Shown here: piece after piece, positions 1 through 15,722 of the stretch
How the letters are laid out: every line of letters begins with the position of its first letter
Position numbering within the stretch: position 1 is the stretch's first letter
Assembly (NCBI RefSeq): GCF_009914755.1
Contig: NC_060941.1
Length of the DNA stretch: 64,000 bases
DNA from: the human T2T-CHM13v2.0 reference genome, Homo sapiens
Reading direction: 5' to 3' (one strand)
Translations under genes and position numbers: made by a program
The notes under the pieces: model-generated
Database searches by the model: none
Seen by the model: the letters and a program-made list of their open reading frames with translations, nothing else
Told to the model about the DNA's origin: nothing

Positions 1-1139
1 GAAGATGCCAAATGTCCTTTCCGGAGCCCACTCCCCTGCCGTCTCCCCGCGCCATCCCCCTGGTTGCCCAGCTGCTGACTGTGGCTCTGCCTCTCTGGAG
101 CACTGTCTGGGTTCATGTGGTTGTTGCTTAGGAGGGGAAAAGGAGTGTAGAGGCAGGATGGGAGGGAAGGAGGAGGGTCTCCTAGAAAGGCAGCTCAGGG
201 TCACTGTGAGTCACGGCCAACACCGGCCCGCCCTGTGAATTCCAGCTGGGGTGGGGCTCCCCAAGGTCCCAGGGCTACAACAGGGAAAGCCAGATAGAGG
301 CTGGCCAAAGGCCATGGCACACATTATTGCTTTATTGCTTTATTTCAACCCCACCTAGGCCCACAGGATGCTTGTGCTAACTGAGGGCACTTCATAGTCC
401 TGAGGACCTTGGGCTACTTCCTGCCTCCTTGATGTCCTCTCCATCCCCCCTCCCCTAAGCCAGGCTATTGGAGATGATGGTGTCACCAGCTGCTGGGACT
501 ACCCACAGGGCTGGGTGTGAGGGAGGAGAGGTCACCAGATCCTCAGGTGTCTCAGGAGGCTGCAGCCTGGGCCACAGCCCTGGGAATGGGCTCCTTTCAG
601 ACTCGGCACCCATGGCCTGCCCTCCTTCTCAGGAAGACACAGAATGGGGGTAGGCACACAAGGCCTGCTGCATGTGCAAGGGAAGTGGAAGAATCAGATC
701 CAGGTGTGGTCCCTGCAGCCCCTCCTGTGCACTGTACTAGTCTTGGAGGGGCTGGTTTGTCTTAAAAAGCACAAGGCATTGAGGACAATCCCATTTTCCT
801 CATGATAGGTCTAAACGGTACCACCTCTAGGAACTGTGCCTGTGGACAGTTCCTCATCAGGATGTCTGGGAACACCAGCAGGTGCACCTGAGTCACTGCT
901 GGTGGGGAGTGACGCTCGGAGAGTGTGGCTGGCCTGACACCGAGTCACTCTCGGCTCCCTTTCCGAGCTGCCGGACCCAGCACACAGCAGCACACGGCAT
1001 TTCAAAGAAGGGGGCCCTACATAACTGGAGCTTGGATAAACAGGTCTGGGGACTCGCTGCAATGGGAAGAGATGATGGGCTTGGGAATAGGGGTGCATGT
1101 TTCCAAAAAGTGAGTAGAGATTTACACAGGGCAGTCAGA

Positions 1140-1643
<504 letters not shown>

Positions 1644-2344
1644 TGAATGTAACAGCTGGCATTTTGCATTCACGTGTGTGCAAGGTAATGGCATGGAGTG
1701 TACATGATCACTGCCACTCACTCGTTGATGCCTCCCCACAGTTGGACTCACACCTTCACTCTGTATTCCTGTGCAGTAGGGAAGTCACCCAGTACATGTT
1801 TCCCCCCAGGAGGAATACACAGATGCTTTCTCTTCTGAGCTCTGGCCTCCCTGAGAATTCCTTCATGTTGATGACACACCTGAAGACAACCTGGCTCAAC
1901 AGAAACTCCCTGCAAAATATCGCAGACTTGGCTACCCTCTGACTTTCAGTCCTGCAGATGAGAATGAGGCTATCTGATTTTTGTTTCTTTAGCTGCTTGT
2001 TCGGCCCTGGCGCCTGTAGGGCTGTCCTTGCCACAAAACCCCACTGTGCCTACTGGACAGCCCTAGCACACTGTCCTCTTCCTGGGAATATCAGTTCAGC
2101 ATATAGGAGGCCTCTGAAGCAACTGATATCTCTACAGCAACTTCTCCAAGTCACCAAAGGGACATCTCATTCTTGACATCGCCCAAACTCCTAAAATCCC
2201 TTCCCTGTATCTTTCTTACTACTCCAACATCCCCCACTTTCTCATTTCCACCCTGAAAACCCAGCCAAAATCTTTCTAATACAAATAAACTTAACTTCTC
2301 TGGCCAATCCAGTTCTCAGATCCAAAAAGCCCCGTAAAATCCCA

Positions 2345-3361
<1,017 letters not shown>

Positions 3362-5096
3362 TCAAGCTGTCTCTTCCTCAGGAAAACCAACACTGGCTCT
3401 GTGTCTTCTGGATTTATCTTTTTTGGTATTCTGTGCATGATACACTTTCATCCAGGGTTTCCAGTTTGCCTTCCATGTCACTGATTTCACATCCAGCATC
3501 ACCGCTCTCACTGCCCCCAAGAAGGATTGTAAGTCGCCTAGCATTTCATTTCCTTGCAATTCTTATTTTGCTTGTTAATCTCCCCTTTCATCTCATCCTG
3601 TTGGTTTTCTTTTCCATCACAGCTTGGCCTCTTTGGGTGGCCTTTTGTTCTTTTCCCACAAAGTTCATTTCTTCTGGATCGTGCTGTAGATCATTTTCAG
3701 AGGTCGGGGTTCAGGTTCCAGGGTATCTATCCTACGCTCAGGCTTCCCCCCTCCCCAGCTTGTGCACTCTCAAAGAGGCCAAGATCTAGTGACACCCACG
3801 TCTATCAGCGCATCCTTGTCCCCATGACGGCCTCCTTGGGTTGGGACTGAGTCCACCTCTCAGGGCTCTGGCTTGCAGAAGAGTCCAGCCCCAGGATGAG
3901 TCTCAGGCACTGTGCTTATGTGACTCTGACCTTGAGAAGGGACATCTTCACCCACTTCATGGCCTGAATCTCCAACACTCACAACAGTGAAGTCCATGGA
4001 AATCTATAACAATGTCTGTATGTTCAGGACACTTCCTGTCCTTGGGTAAGCCCACTGGCTGGCTGCACTGGACTTCTCAGATGCCATCTCTTCCCGCCTT
4101 GGGAGTTGCTGTCTCTGAACCGATGCAGACAGAGGCATGGGAGAGGATGAAGGGAGAGGGGAGTGGAAGAGCCCTCCTTTTACCTCCAAATTGTCACTTG
4201 CGTGGTACAGGACCAGTTGCCTGGCTTTCTGATTGGCACAGTCCACAGACTAAGGGAGAAAGTGGCTTCCTCCCTTCCTTCCGGAGGTCTCAGATTCCTG
4301 GGAGGAAGGCTGCATTGTGTCTTTCTTGGCCCTGCTCCATGTGTCTAGCAGTGAGGAGGCTCCTCTCAGACTGCCCACCTGTCTTTGTTTCCAGTGTGCT
4401 GAGTGTTTGTCTTTTTTTGGTGCATCGTCTTAGGTGTCTTAGGGGAAAGCTAGGGGAAGCCACAGAGGAGGCCGTCAGCCATACTCTATTTTAAACCTCA
4501 ACTCCCCCCTTCCCTCTTAAACTCATTTTTAACCCCACTCCCAGAAGGAAGGCCCCGCGGGAAATTAGCTTTCATTTGTCTCTCTCCTCCAGGCATGACT
4601 CCACAGTTTCTGCAACAACAGAGCCGGGGAAAGGAGGACGCAGCAAGCGCTGAATATTAACCAGCAAAGGTAGATGCTTCAATATCGAAACCACCGGGAC
4701 CCGCATGTGCAAAGCTACTTAATGAGGGTGTAATCAAACACAGTCTACCAGAAGGAAATTAATTAGAGTCCGGAGAGCAAGCAGGAAGCAGAACCAGGCT
4801 GCTCCCCCTCCTGGCTCTAGAACATCACTGGCAGCCACTGCTAAGGGAGGGACAAGGCTGGGGGATGCCAGGCCTCAGCTGGGTGCCAGGGCTCCTGTCC
4901 TCTTCCCCGTGACATTCCGGCTTGCCTTTGGGGGACACCCAGGGGAGGGAAGGGAAATGTCAGGTGCTGTTAGGGAAACACAGCCTGAGGAAGCCCCCAG
5001 GGAGAGAAGCTGGGACATCCCAGAGTTAAGGAGCTGGGCACAGAGAAGACTTGCTTCTCTAGGAAGACAATGGTCTCATAAGAAGAAGGACGGAAT

Positions 5097-5200
5097 CATA
5101 AACAACAGAAATGTATTCTCTCATAGTTTTGGAGACCAGAAATCTGAAATCAGGGTGTTGGCAGAGCTGCACTCCCTCTAGAGATTCTAGGGGGAGACTT
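5097..5200 (-). mobile_element. MLT1 (MaLR) LTR fragment
   Basis: aacaacagaaatgtattctctcatagttttggagaccagaaatctgaaatcagggtgttggcag. Confidence 0.65.
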
Positions 5201-5281
5201 CATTCTTTCCCCATGTGCGACAAGGAAGGGAGGGATGCCAGGCACAGACCTATGCACCTAATGAGAGAAACAGATACAGGA

Positions 5282-5700
5282 TGCAGTGGGATGAATGGTG
5301 GCCCCCAAAAGACATGCCCATGCGCTTGTGCCCAGAAACTGTGAATGTGACCTCATTTGGAAAAAGGGTCTTCACACACAGATTACCTTCAGGACCCTGA
5401 GATGAGATGATCCTGGTTTATCCAGGTGGGCCCTGAATCCAAAACAAGTGTTCTTACAAGAGACACAGAGAAGGCAGCAATGTGAAGGTGGAGGCAGAGA
5501 AGGGAGTGATGCGGCCACAACCACCAGAAGCTGGAAGGGAGAAAGAGTGAAATCTCCCCTGGAATCTCTGGATGGACACGGCCCTGCCGACACTCTCATC
5601 TCAGACTTCTGGCCTCCAAACCATGAGAGAATATGTTTCGGTTGGTCCAAGTCACTCAGCCAGTGGTCATTGGTTACGGCAGCCCCAGGAAATGAATGCA
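5282..5700 (+). mobile_element. MLT1C/D-like MaLR solo LTR
   Basis: tgaatggtggccccc...gtgaatgtgacctcatttggaaaaagggtctt...gttacggcagccccaggaaatgaatgca. Confidence 0.8.
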
Positions 5701-6019
5701 CCAGATTGGATCAGGACAGAGGTGGCATTTTTCCCAGGGGCACACCAGGCAAAAGGGAGAAGAGATCAAGGCAAGTGGCCGGGACCCCTCCCTTCTTCCA
5801 CAGCTGCAGACCTCAGCCAAGAGCACAGCTGTGGGCAACCAAGGACGTTATTGCCAGAAATCAACTTGCTGTCTCCACCAGCCCTGAAGCCTCTGTGGGT
5901 ACACTCTCCTTTGCTGTCTGCTCCCAGGGGCAGGGCTGTACTAGTCAGAAATGCTTCCTATAGGATCCCCAAGGTGGTTCTCAGCTCAACATGGGAAAGA
6001 ACCTTTAAAAACAGGTGAT

Positions 6020-6385
6020 GAAGGAAATGCTGACACTGTCCACGACAAGGATGAGGCTTGAAGACTCCACTAAGAGAAATAAGCTCGGCACGAGAGGACA
6101 AATACCGCATGAGGCCACTTACGTGAGGGACCAAGAGTATCTAATCATTCAAAGTACTCAAATTCACAGAGACAGAGGGTAAAATGGCAGTTGCTGGGAC
6201 TGGGGAAGGGGGAATTCGTGTTGGGTGGGGACAGGGTTTCAGTTTGAGGAAGATGAAAGAGTTCTGGAGATGGAAGGTGGTAATGGTTGCACAGCAATAT
6301 GAATGTGCTTAATGCCACTGAACTGTGCACCTAAAATGGTTAAAACGGTATTTTATATTTGTATATTTTATCGTAATAAAAAAAT
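6020..6385 (+). mobile_element. Old L1 (L1MB/L1MC-like) 3'UTR fragment
   Basis: aagagttctggagatggaaggtggtaatggttgcacagcaatatgaatgtgcttaatgccactgaactgt. Confidence 0.8.
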
Positions 6386-7420
6386 AGTGCTGAGCTCACT
6401 GTCACTGGAAGGATACAAGCAGAGGAGAGACACTCATCAGCCGGCACTGCTGAGGCAGGATTTCTGGACCACAAGGAAGGTGGCCACTAAGGGTTGCCCT
6501 CTGGCCCCCTGTGACTCTTCTCATCAGCATGGCCCAGGATGCAGCATCCTGGCATCCAAGGAGGTGCCACTAAGTAGCTACAAGATGTGGGGCCTGGCGA
6601 GAGGAACCACAAAAGAACGCAGAAAAAAAAAGCAACAAAAAGCCAGTGACAAAGCTGCGTGGATGGCGGAAGGCGAGCAGGAGTTTGGTGATGCAGTTTG
6701 AAGACCGGGACTGAGACCCCCCCACTGGAGGGGTACGTGGGGTGCAAAAGCAGAAGTGGCACCAGTGGGCTTGACTGCTCCAGAGAGGGGCATTGCTCCT
6801 CAGTGCAGCAACAAGGCGCCTTTAGCCCCCTTGTCGTTTTTGGCCCCAAAAGTGCCACAGTTACACAGGGTGGCCCTGGAGCAAAGTGAGTGCTAATGCG
6901 CTGGGGCATACGGAAATCTGGTATTTCACACATTTGTCATGTTAAGGAGAATTAGGCGTATCAGAGTATCTAACAGATTGGCCTTCCAATCCCCATTTAA
7001 AACGGGTAATTGAGTAGCTGATTTTAAGCTTATGATTTTAAGCAGAACACCGGAAGTGGATTCAGCCAAGTTTGTAAGTTTTGAAATGTTTCAGAGAACT
7101 AATAGTCATCATATTTATCAGCTTATTAAATTTCAAGAACTATTTAGGAACCCAGGAAAGTCCTGCTTTTTAGGATGAGTATTTATAAACTTAAGAACAC
7201 TGGTTATGTTAAATTTATAAAGTTACATCAAGATATTTAAAGAAATTTAATTACTTAAGTTATAAACCCCCTACCCTTGAACATCGACATTTAAATGGAC
7301 TAGATTCGTGAGGGGAATAATGAAATTGGTATGTTAAATGCTTCAGGAAACACTAGGTTTAAAAATTTCCACTTCAATATATATTGAATATTGAGAAAAT
7401 TCAAGTCGTTGTAAGTAGTC

Positions 7421-7451
7421 TGTGTGTGTGTGTGTGTGTGTGCGCGCGCGC
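7421..7451. repeat. (TG)11(CG)4 microsatellite
   Basis: Read directly from the sequence. Confidence 0.95.
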
Positions 7452-9004
7452 CCCAAGAATAACTAATGACAGATAATGCAGATGAGGTGGGCACCCTGCA
7501 GAGTCCAGGGCAGGGAGCATCAGCACAGCTAGACAGGGAGGACTATGCAGTTAAGAGCCCGAGGCACACTGCTCAGGCTTGGAAGACACCAAAGCAAAGC
7601 AGACTAGCAAAAGTAATAAAAGCAACTGCTACATCCCCTCCCCCTAACAAAACCACTGGACGGCATGGGAACCCTGTTTGAAGGTGAGGCCTCCTCACAG
7701 TCCTGCTGATGTCTAAGGTGGGCATTGCCCGGCTCCTGGTCCCAGTCTTGGGGGTTGCCTCTCGAGGGCACCCTGGCTTGGTGCCCGCCACCCCCACAGG
7801 CCTGTGAGTTTGGTACCCAAGGAGGTGTCCATTAGCACCCAGCTGACCGAAGTCAGCCAGATGCTGCCAGGGAGGGCTGCTCTGCAGAGGTCTGAGCCAA
7901 GAAACTGCTGGTGGGGGGTCATTGGCACCCACTCCCCGCTCCACCAGACTTGCCCAGCCTGTCTGAGGGATGAGAGGTAAAGACTGGGGTTCTCTGGTCC
8001 CACCTGAGGGTCCAGGGGCAGCTCATGACTCTCCCACCTGTCCAAGGCCACGTGGCCCCTGCAGGTTTTTGAAGCCAGGCACCCCGGCAGGCTGGCCCTC
8101 CTCGACGGTGACGAGTGTTGCCACCAGGTCTGCCTTGCCCAGCAGGAGTCAGCGGGCTGGGCAGCAATGTTTGGCAGCTTTGCTCAGTGAGGGGCTTCAT
8201 GACTGTGTGTTGTTTGTGTTTTAACTTTGAAGTCTTAAAAAATGACACCCTCTGTGTGAAACAGGCCTCTGGAAACAGATGCCCAGCCGTTGCCAAGTGT
8301 AACTTAATTAAAATCCGAGAAACGGCTTTAGCAACAAATAAATATCAAAAGGATGCTTTCTCTTCAGAATAATCTAAAGTAAGTTGGGAGGCGCATCAAG
8401 CCATATGAAGGGTTTTGTCTGCTCCTCCATGGTCATGGCTCTGCCCACACGTGGCTGACGGTGGGGGGACAGACGTGGGTTAGATCCTAAGTCACTGTGT
8501 GGCCCTGGGCAAGCCACCCTCCTACACCACAGCTTCCCCACCTACAAATGAGAAGGTTGCACCAGCTCATTCTTCCAGAGTTGGAGAGGGCAGCAGAAGA
8601 GGGACTTGGACCAAATAGGTTTGGAACACAAAGAATTCAACAAATAACCATTTTCCTTTTCCTGCTGGACGTTTCAGCTACTGTTTTATGACTCCGAAAG
8701 GGTGGTGGCATTTGCAGTATTTCCCAGATTTATTTCCCAAGCACCTCCCCTGCTTCCCCAGGACCTCTTGTGGGACTCAGATTCTGCAGTATGCCTGGGG
8801 CCAGATGGTCTCTGAGGTCCACAGGCCCCTACATTCCACAAATTCTCAGCACTTTGTCACCCATCCCAGCGCCCTCCTAATCTCTCTGCTTGGGAAATTA
8901 TCTGAATCGGTTGTTTATACCTTCTGGCAAATGCATTCAAGTCCATTTGTCCCTCTCTGCAGTACATTCTGCCCAAGTGAAATGAAACATTTGGTTCATC
9001 CTGA

Positions 9005-9539
<535 letters not shown>

Positions 9540-9859
9540 CTATGAGCCCTTGGAAGTTAAGTATTAGCCAGGGTTCTCTCGAGACACAGAACTGATAAGA
9601 TGTGTGTGTGTGTGGAGAGAGAGGAAGGAATTGATTTATTTTAAGGAATTGGCTCACATGATTGTGGGGGCTGGCGAGTCTGAAATCTGCAGGGCAGGCT
9701 GGGAAGCTGGGGACCCAGGAAGGAGCTGGCAGTGCTGTCTGGAGTCTGAAGGCAGAATTTCTTCTTCCTCAGGGACCTCTCTTTTCTCTTGGAGCCTTCA
9801 ACTGATTGAATGAGGCTCACCCATATTATGGAAAGTAATCAGCTTTTATCCATTTATGC

Positions 9860-10802
<943 letters not shown>

Positions 10803-10863
10803 TTTATTTGGCTTTTGTTTTTACTCAAAGTCTACTGATTTCACATGTAGGTATTTCAGATTT

Positions 10864-11474
<611 letters not shown>

Positions 11475-12391
11475 TCAGATGTTAATCACATCTGAAAAAT
11501 ACCTTCACAGCAGCATCTAGACTAGTGTTTGACCCAAAATTGGGCACCACAACCTAGCTAGGCTGACACATAAAATTAACCATCACAAGCTAAGCGTCTT
11601 TACCACTTTAAATCTCTAGGTCAGAGGCAAGGCCAAGGCCAAGGCCAGACCTCCAAGAATCTGGATTCAGACCTCTTGCTGCCCTCCCTCTGGGTGAGCA
11701 GAGATGAGTCATGCTGGATGAGGAATCCAGCTCCAATCCAGCTAGCTTTCAACTTCAGGCAGGAAGGGGAGACCAGGCGGGATAGAGGAGGAGGGCCGTA
11801 GGATCCACAACTGTGGCCAGGATGAGGCCCTGCCTGTGCTCTTCCACCTCTCCACGCTTGGCCACTTTCCCCAAGACCTTTCAAAAATGTGCTCTGGGCA
11901 GTGGGGAGGGCAGAAGCCGGCCCAGGAAGGGAGCCACAGATGCCCTTCCAGGGGCCTTCCCAGCAGGAGCCAGGAGGAACACCAAGGGGCTGCCAGACTG
12001 CCAGACCCCTGCAGCCAGGCAGAATAGTTCCCATCTTAGGGCCCTGCTTCTCAGGGCCTGATTCTCCCCGCAAAGGTGGAAAATCAGCGAGGCTTCCGGG
12101 CTGCAGAAGAGGGCATGGGGTGGGGGTGGCGTCCTCAGGGCTGGGAGGGGCCTATACCTGGTTTCTCAGTGGTCACTGAGTTTGTCTACAGCTTCGAGAC
12201 ACCGGGAGGGAGGAGGTAGGAGCTGTGGGTGGGAGTGGCGGTGGGTGAGGCAAGACAGCCAATGCAATGGGTCAGGCAAAGGCCCTGAGCTTCCTGCAGC
12301 ATCTCAGGCCTCTCTCTCCATCCAGCGTCCCTGCTCTCACCCTGAGGGTCTCTCTCGGTGGACTCCCTCCCTCAGAGCATGGCCCAGGTAG

Positions 12392-12775
<384 letters not shown>

Positions 12776-14162
12776 TCCCATTTTCTAAAAGAGTCTAATT
12801 CCAGTCCAAAGTCCCTCCCTGCTCCGTGTGCCCATTACCTTCAGAGAGCCCTCTTCTGGTCCTGGCTCATGGACTGGCCTCTCCCTAAGACATGCGACAC
12901 CAAAGCCATTTCTATTCGCCTCGCCCTGCTGGACCTTTTCTGGAGAGATGGGAATTCTTGGAACAGGTAACTTACTCTCTTTCGTGTCTGAGTTTCCATG
13001 TCCCAAACCAACCCCTCTGAGTTCCTGCTGGTCTGTCTTGGGCCAATAGCTGTCTGGAAACCCCACCAGTGAGAATCCTGCCTAAGACTGTTTTTACTCC
13101 GAAACGCCACAATGCCAGAAGGCTGTGGAAAACATAAGTCTGCAGCTGAGAATCATAAAAAGTTCAGAGGACTGGCACGTCCTAGGAAAAACTAAATCGA
13201 CTGGAGTGACTAAGCCTGAAGAAGTGGAAGTTACTTACCGGGGTGGGAGCACTCAGACCTCATTCCCCCAGAACTGCTAGAGGCAAGGATATGAACAGTC
13301 TGGGAAGCTTGAGGGGAATCCTGGACCCCTGCAATACTGCAGGGTCCGGGGCTCATGGAAGCCCAACAAGGAAACCCTGATGCCTCCGCTGGTGCCCTCG
13401 GTGCCCCTGACTGGGTGAGTCCAGATCCACTCAGGTTGTCTTAGATTCTGTCTGATCCTCTTTGAGAGCCAGAGACAAGGAGTGGCCTGTGCAGGGTCAT
13501 ACAGGACTGGTAGCTGGAACTTTCTAGAAGATTCCCAATTGCTTCAGCTCCTCGATTCAAGAGAAAGAGGGCAAGTACCCGCCTGAGAGGCACAGTGTTC
13601 CACAGTTCATTGCCTCAGGTGATTTGAGAAGGCTGTGCCCAAGAAGATGCATGGGAGAAGGGCTAAAGCTCATTAAAGGCCTCAGCTGATACTCTAAACT
13701 TCTGTGTGGTCTCACCAAGGCTGCCAAGTACAGCTGTGCAGGGCATGTACTGCACAAGGGTGTCTGAGCGGGGCTGAACTCACCAAGCCTTGACTCTGGC
13801 TGTGCCCAACCAGACAGGCACCTTCTTCCACTTCTCATAAAGGCACTCTATGGGCTAGAAGCCACATTCCACCTCAGTGAAGGAAACCAAGGGGATAGGC
13901 ATCCTTGAGTGACCTGACTCAGTCACTGAATGGCCTCTACACCCCCAAGTCCTTGGTTTTCCTGGGCTGCCAGCAGCAGAGCTGTAGCGAAAATCTAACA
14001 TGGAGGCAGCGAGCTCATGAAGCTTGCCCCTCGCTGGGAACACCTCTTCAGGTCATGGTCCTGCTCTCTGCTTCCTCCAACACTAGGTCATCATTGTCAT
14101 GACCACCACCATCTCAACATCTTACTTTAAGAAATAAACTGTTGAAAAAGTGTCATTTGGAG

Positions 14163-14637
14163 CAGGGGTCCCAAACCCCCAAGCCACAGACCAGTACCAG
14201 TCTGTGACCTGTTAGGAAGCAGGCTGCACAGCAGGACGTGAACAGTGGGCCAGTGTTCCCACCTGAGCTCCGCCTCCTGTCAGATCAGTGGCAGCATTAG
14301 GCTCTCATAGGAGCACAAACCCTATTGTAACCTGCACACGTGAGGGATCTAGGTTGCACACTTATGAGAATCTAATGCCTGATGATTTCTCCCTGTCTCC
14401 TGTCACCCCAGATGGGACCGTCTAGTTGCAGGAAAAGAAGCTCAGCGCCCTCACTGATTCCACATTATGGGGAGTTGTATAATTATTTCATTATATTACA
14501 ATGCGGTAATAACAGAAATAAAGTACACAATAAGTGTAATGTGTTTAAATCATCTCAAAACCATCCCCCACCCCGGGCCATGGAAAAACTGTCTTCCAGG
14601 AAACTGGTCCCTGGTGCCAAAAAGATTGGAGACCGCT

Positions 14638-14638
<1 letters not shown>
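14163..14638 (+). mobile_element. MER1A-like hAT-Charlie non-autonomous DNA transposon
   Basis: TIRs caggggtcccaaac...gattggagaccgctg, with the characteristic body cctgagctccgcctcctgtcagatcagtggcagcattag. Confidence 0.85.
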
Positions 14639-14945
<307 letters not shown>

Positions 14946-15648
14946 CTGGAGACCACTGACAGGGAATACACTCAAGGTAACTATGCTCCCCATTCTTCCC
15001 CTCTCCTGAGGCTGTCCCTCCCCATCTCCTTCTCCTGCTACAGGGAAGGGGCAGCACAGGTCCTCTGTGCCCCAGAGCCCCTCTTCTACCCTGCCTGTGA
15101 CGAGGGAAGTCAGGCCACCTGTCCCAACCTGAGGAAGCTCAGAAAACACCAAGTTTTTCACTGGGACAGACCCAGGCATCACTTCCAGTACTTCTCCAGG
15201 GACCACTGGGCTGGGCAGGGTCTTGGGAATTGGGGACCTGGTCCCAGTCCTGTGTGACCCTGCACAGGCCACTCCTTGTCTCTGGGCTGTGTGCGCCTCT
15301 GTCAAACATCTCAGCTCTGACTGCAGCAGGTCTTCTCACCAAAGGAGCCGTGGAACCCCTCCTGCTGCCATTTCCTCCAGTGAGGGAGAGGGGCAGAGGC
15401 AGATCCAGGCCCCTTGGCCTTCTAAGGACATTAGAGCCTCAGCGCTGCCTGTCCTCTGATGGCAGCGAGCCAGGACCATTGCCAGGAGAGAGCCGGTAAG
15501 AACACAATGTGCAAGGCAGCCAGGTAGCCTATTACAAGGCCACAGGACTACACCAGGTACCAGCACCTACCTGGTGCCAGGTGAGATGAGAGCCCCTCCA
15601 TGCTTCCCTCTCTGTGGCCCCTGCTCTCTCCTGCCCGCTCACAGGAAG

Positions 15649-15722
15649 TGTGATAGTCAACTGTAGGTGTTTATACATGTAAATCTCCTTTTGAGTCTGT
15701 TTCTGTGGAGAACCCTAATACA
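15649..15722 (+). mobile_element. 74-bp internally deleted MLT2-like LTR
   Basis: 5' end tgtgatagtcaa, 3' end tctgtttctgtggagaaccctaataca, perfect 5-bp TSD GGAAG. Confidence 0.65.
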
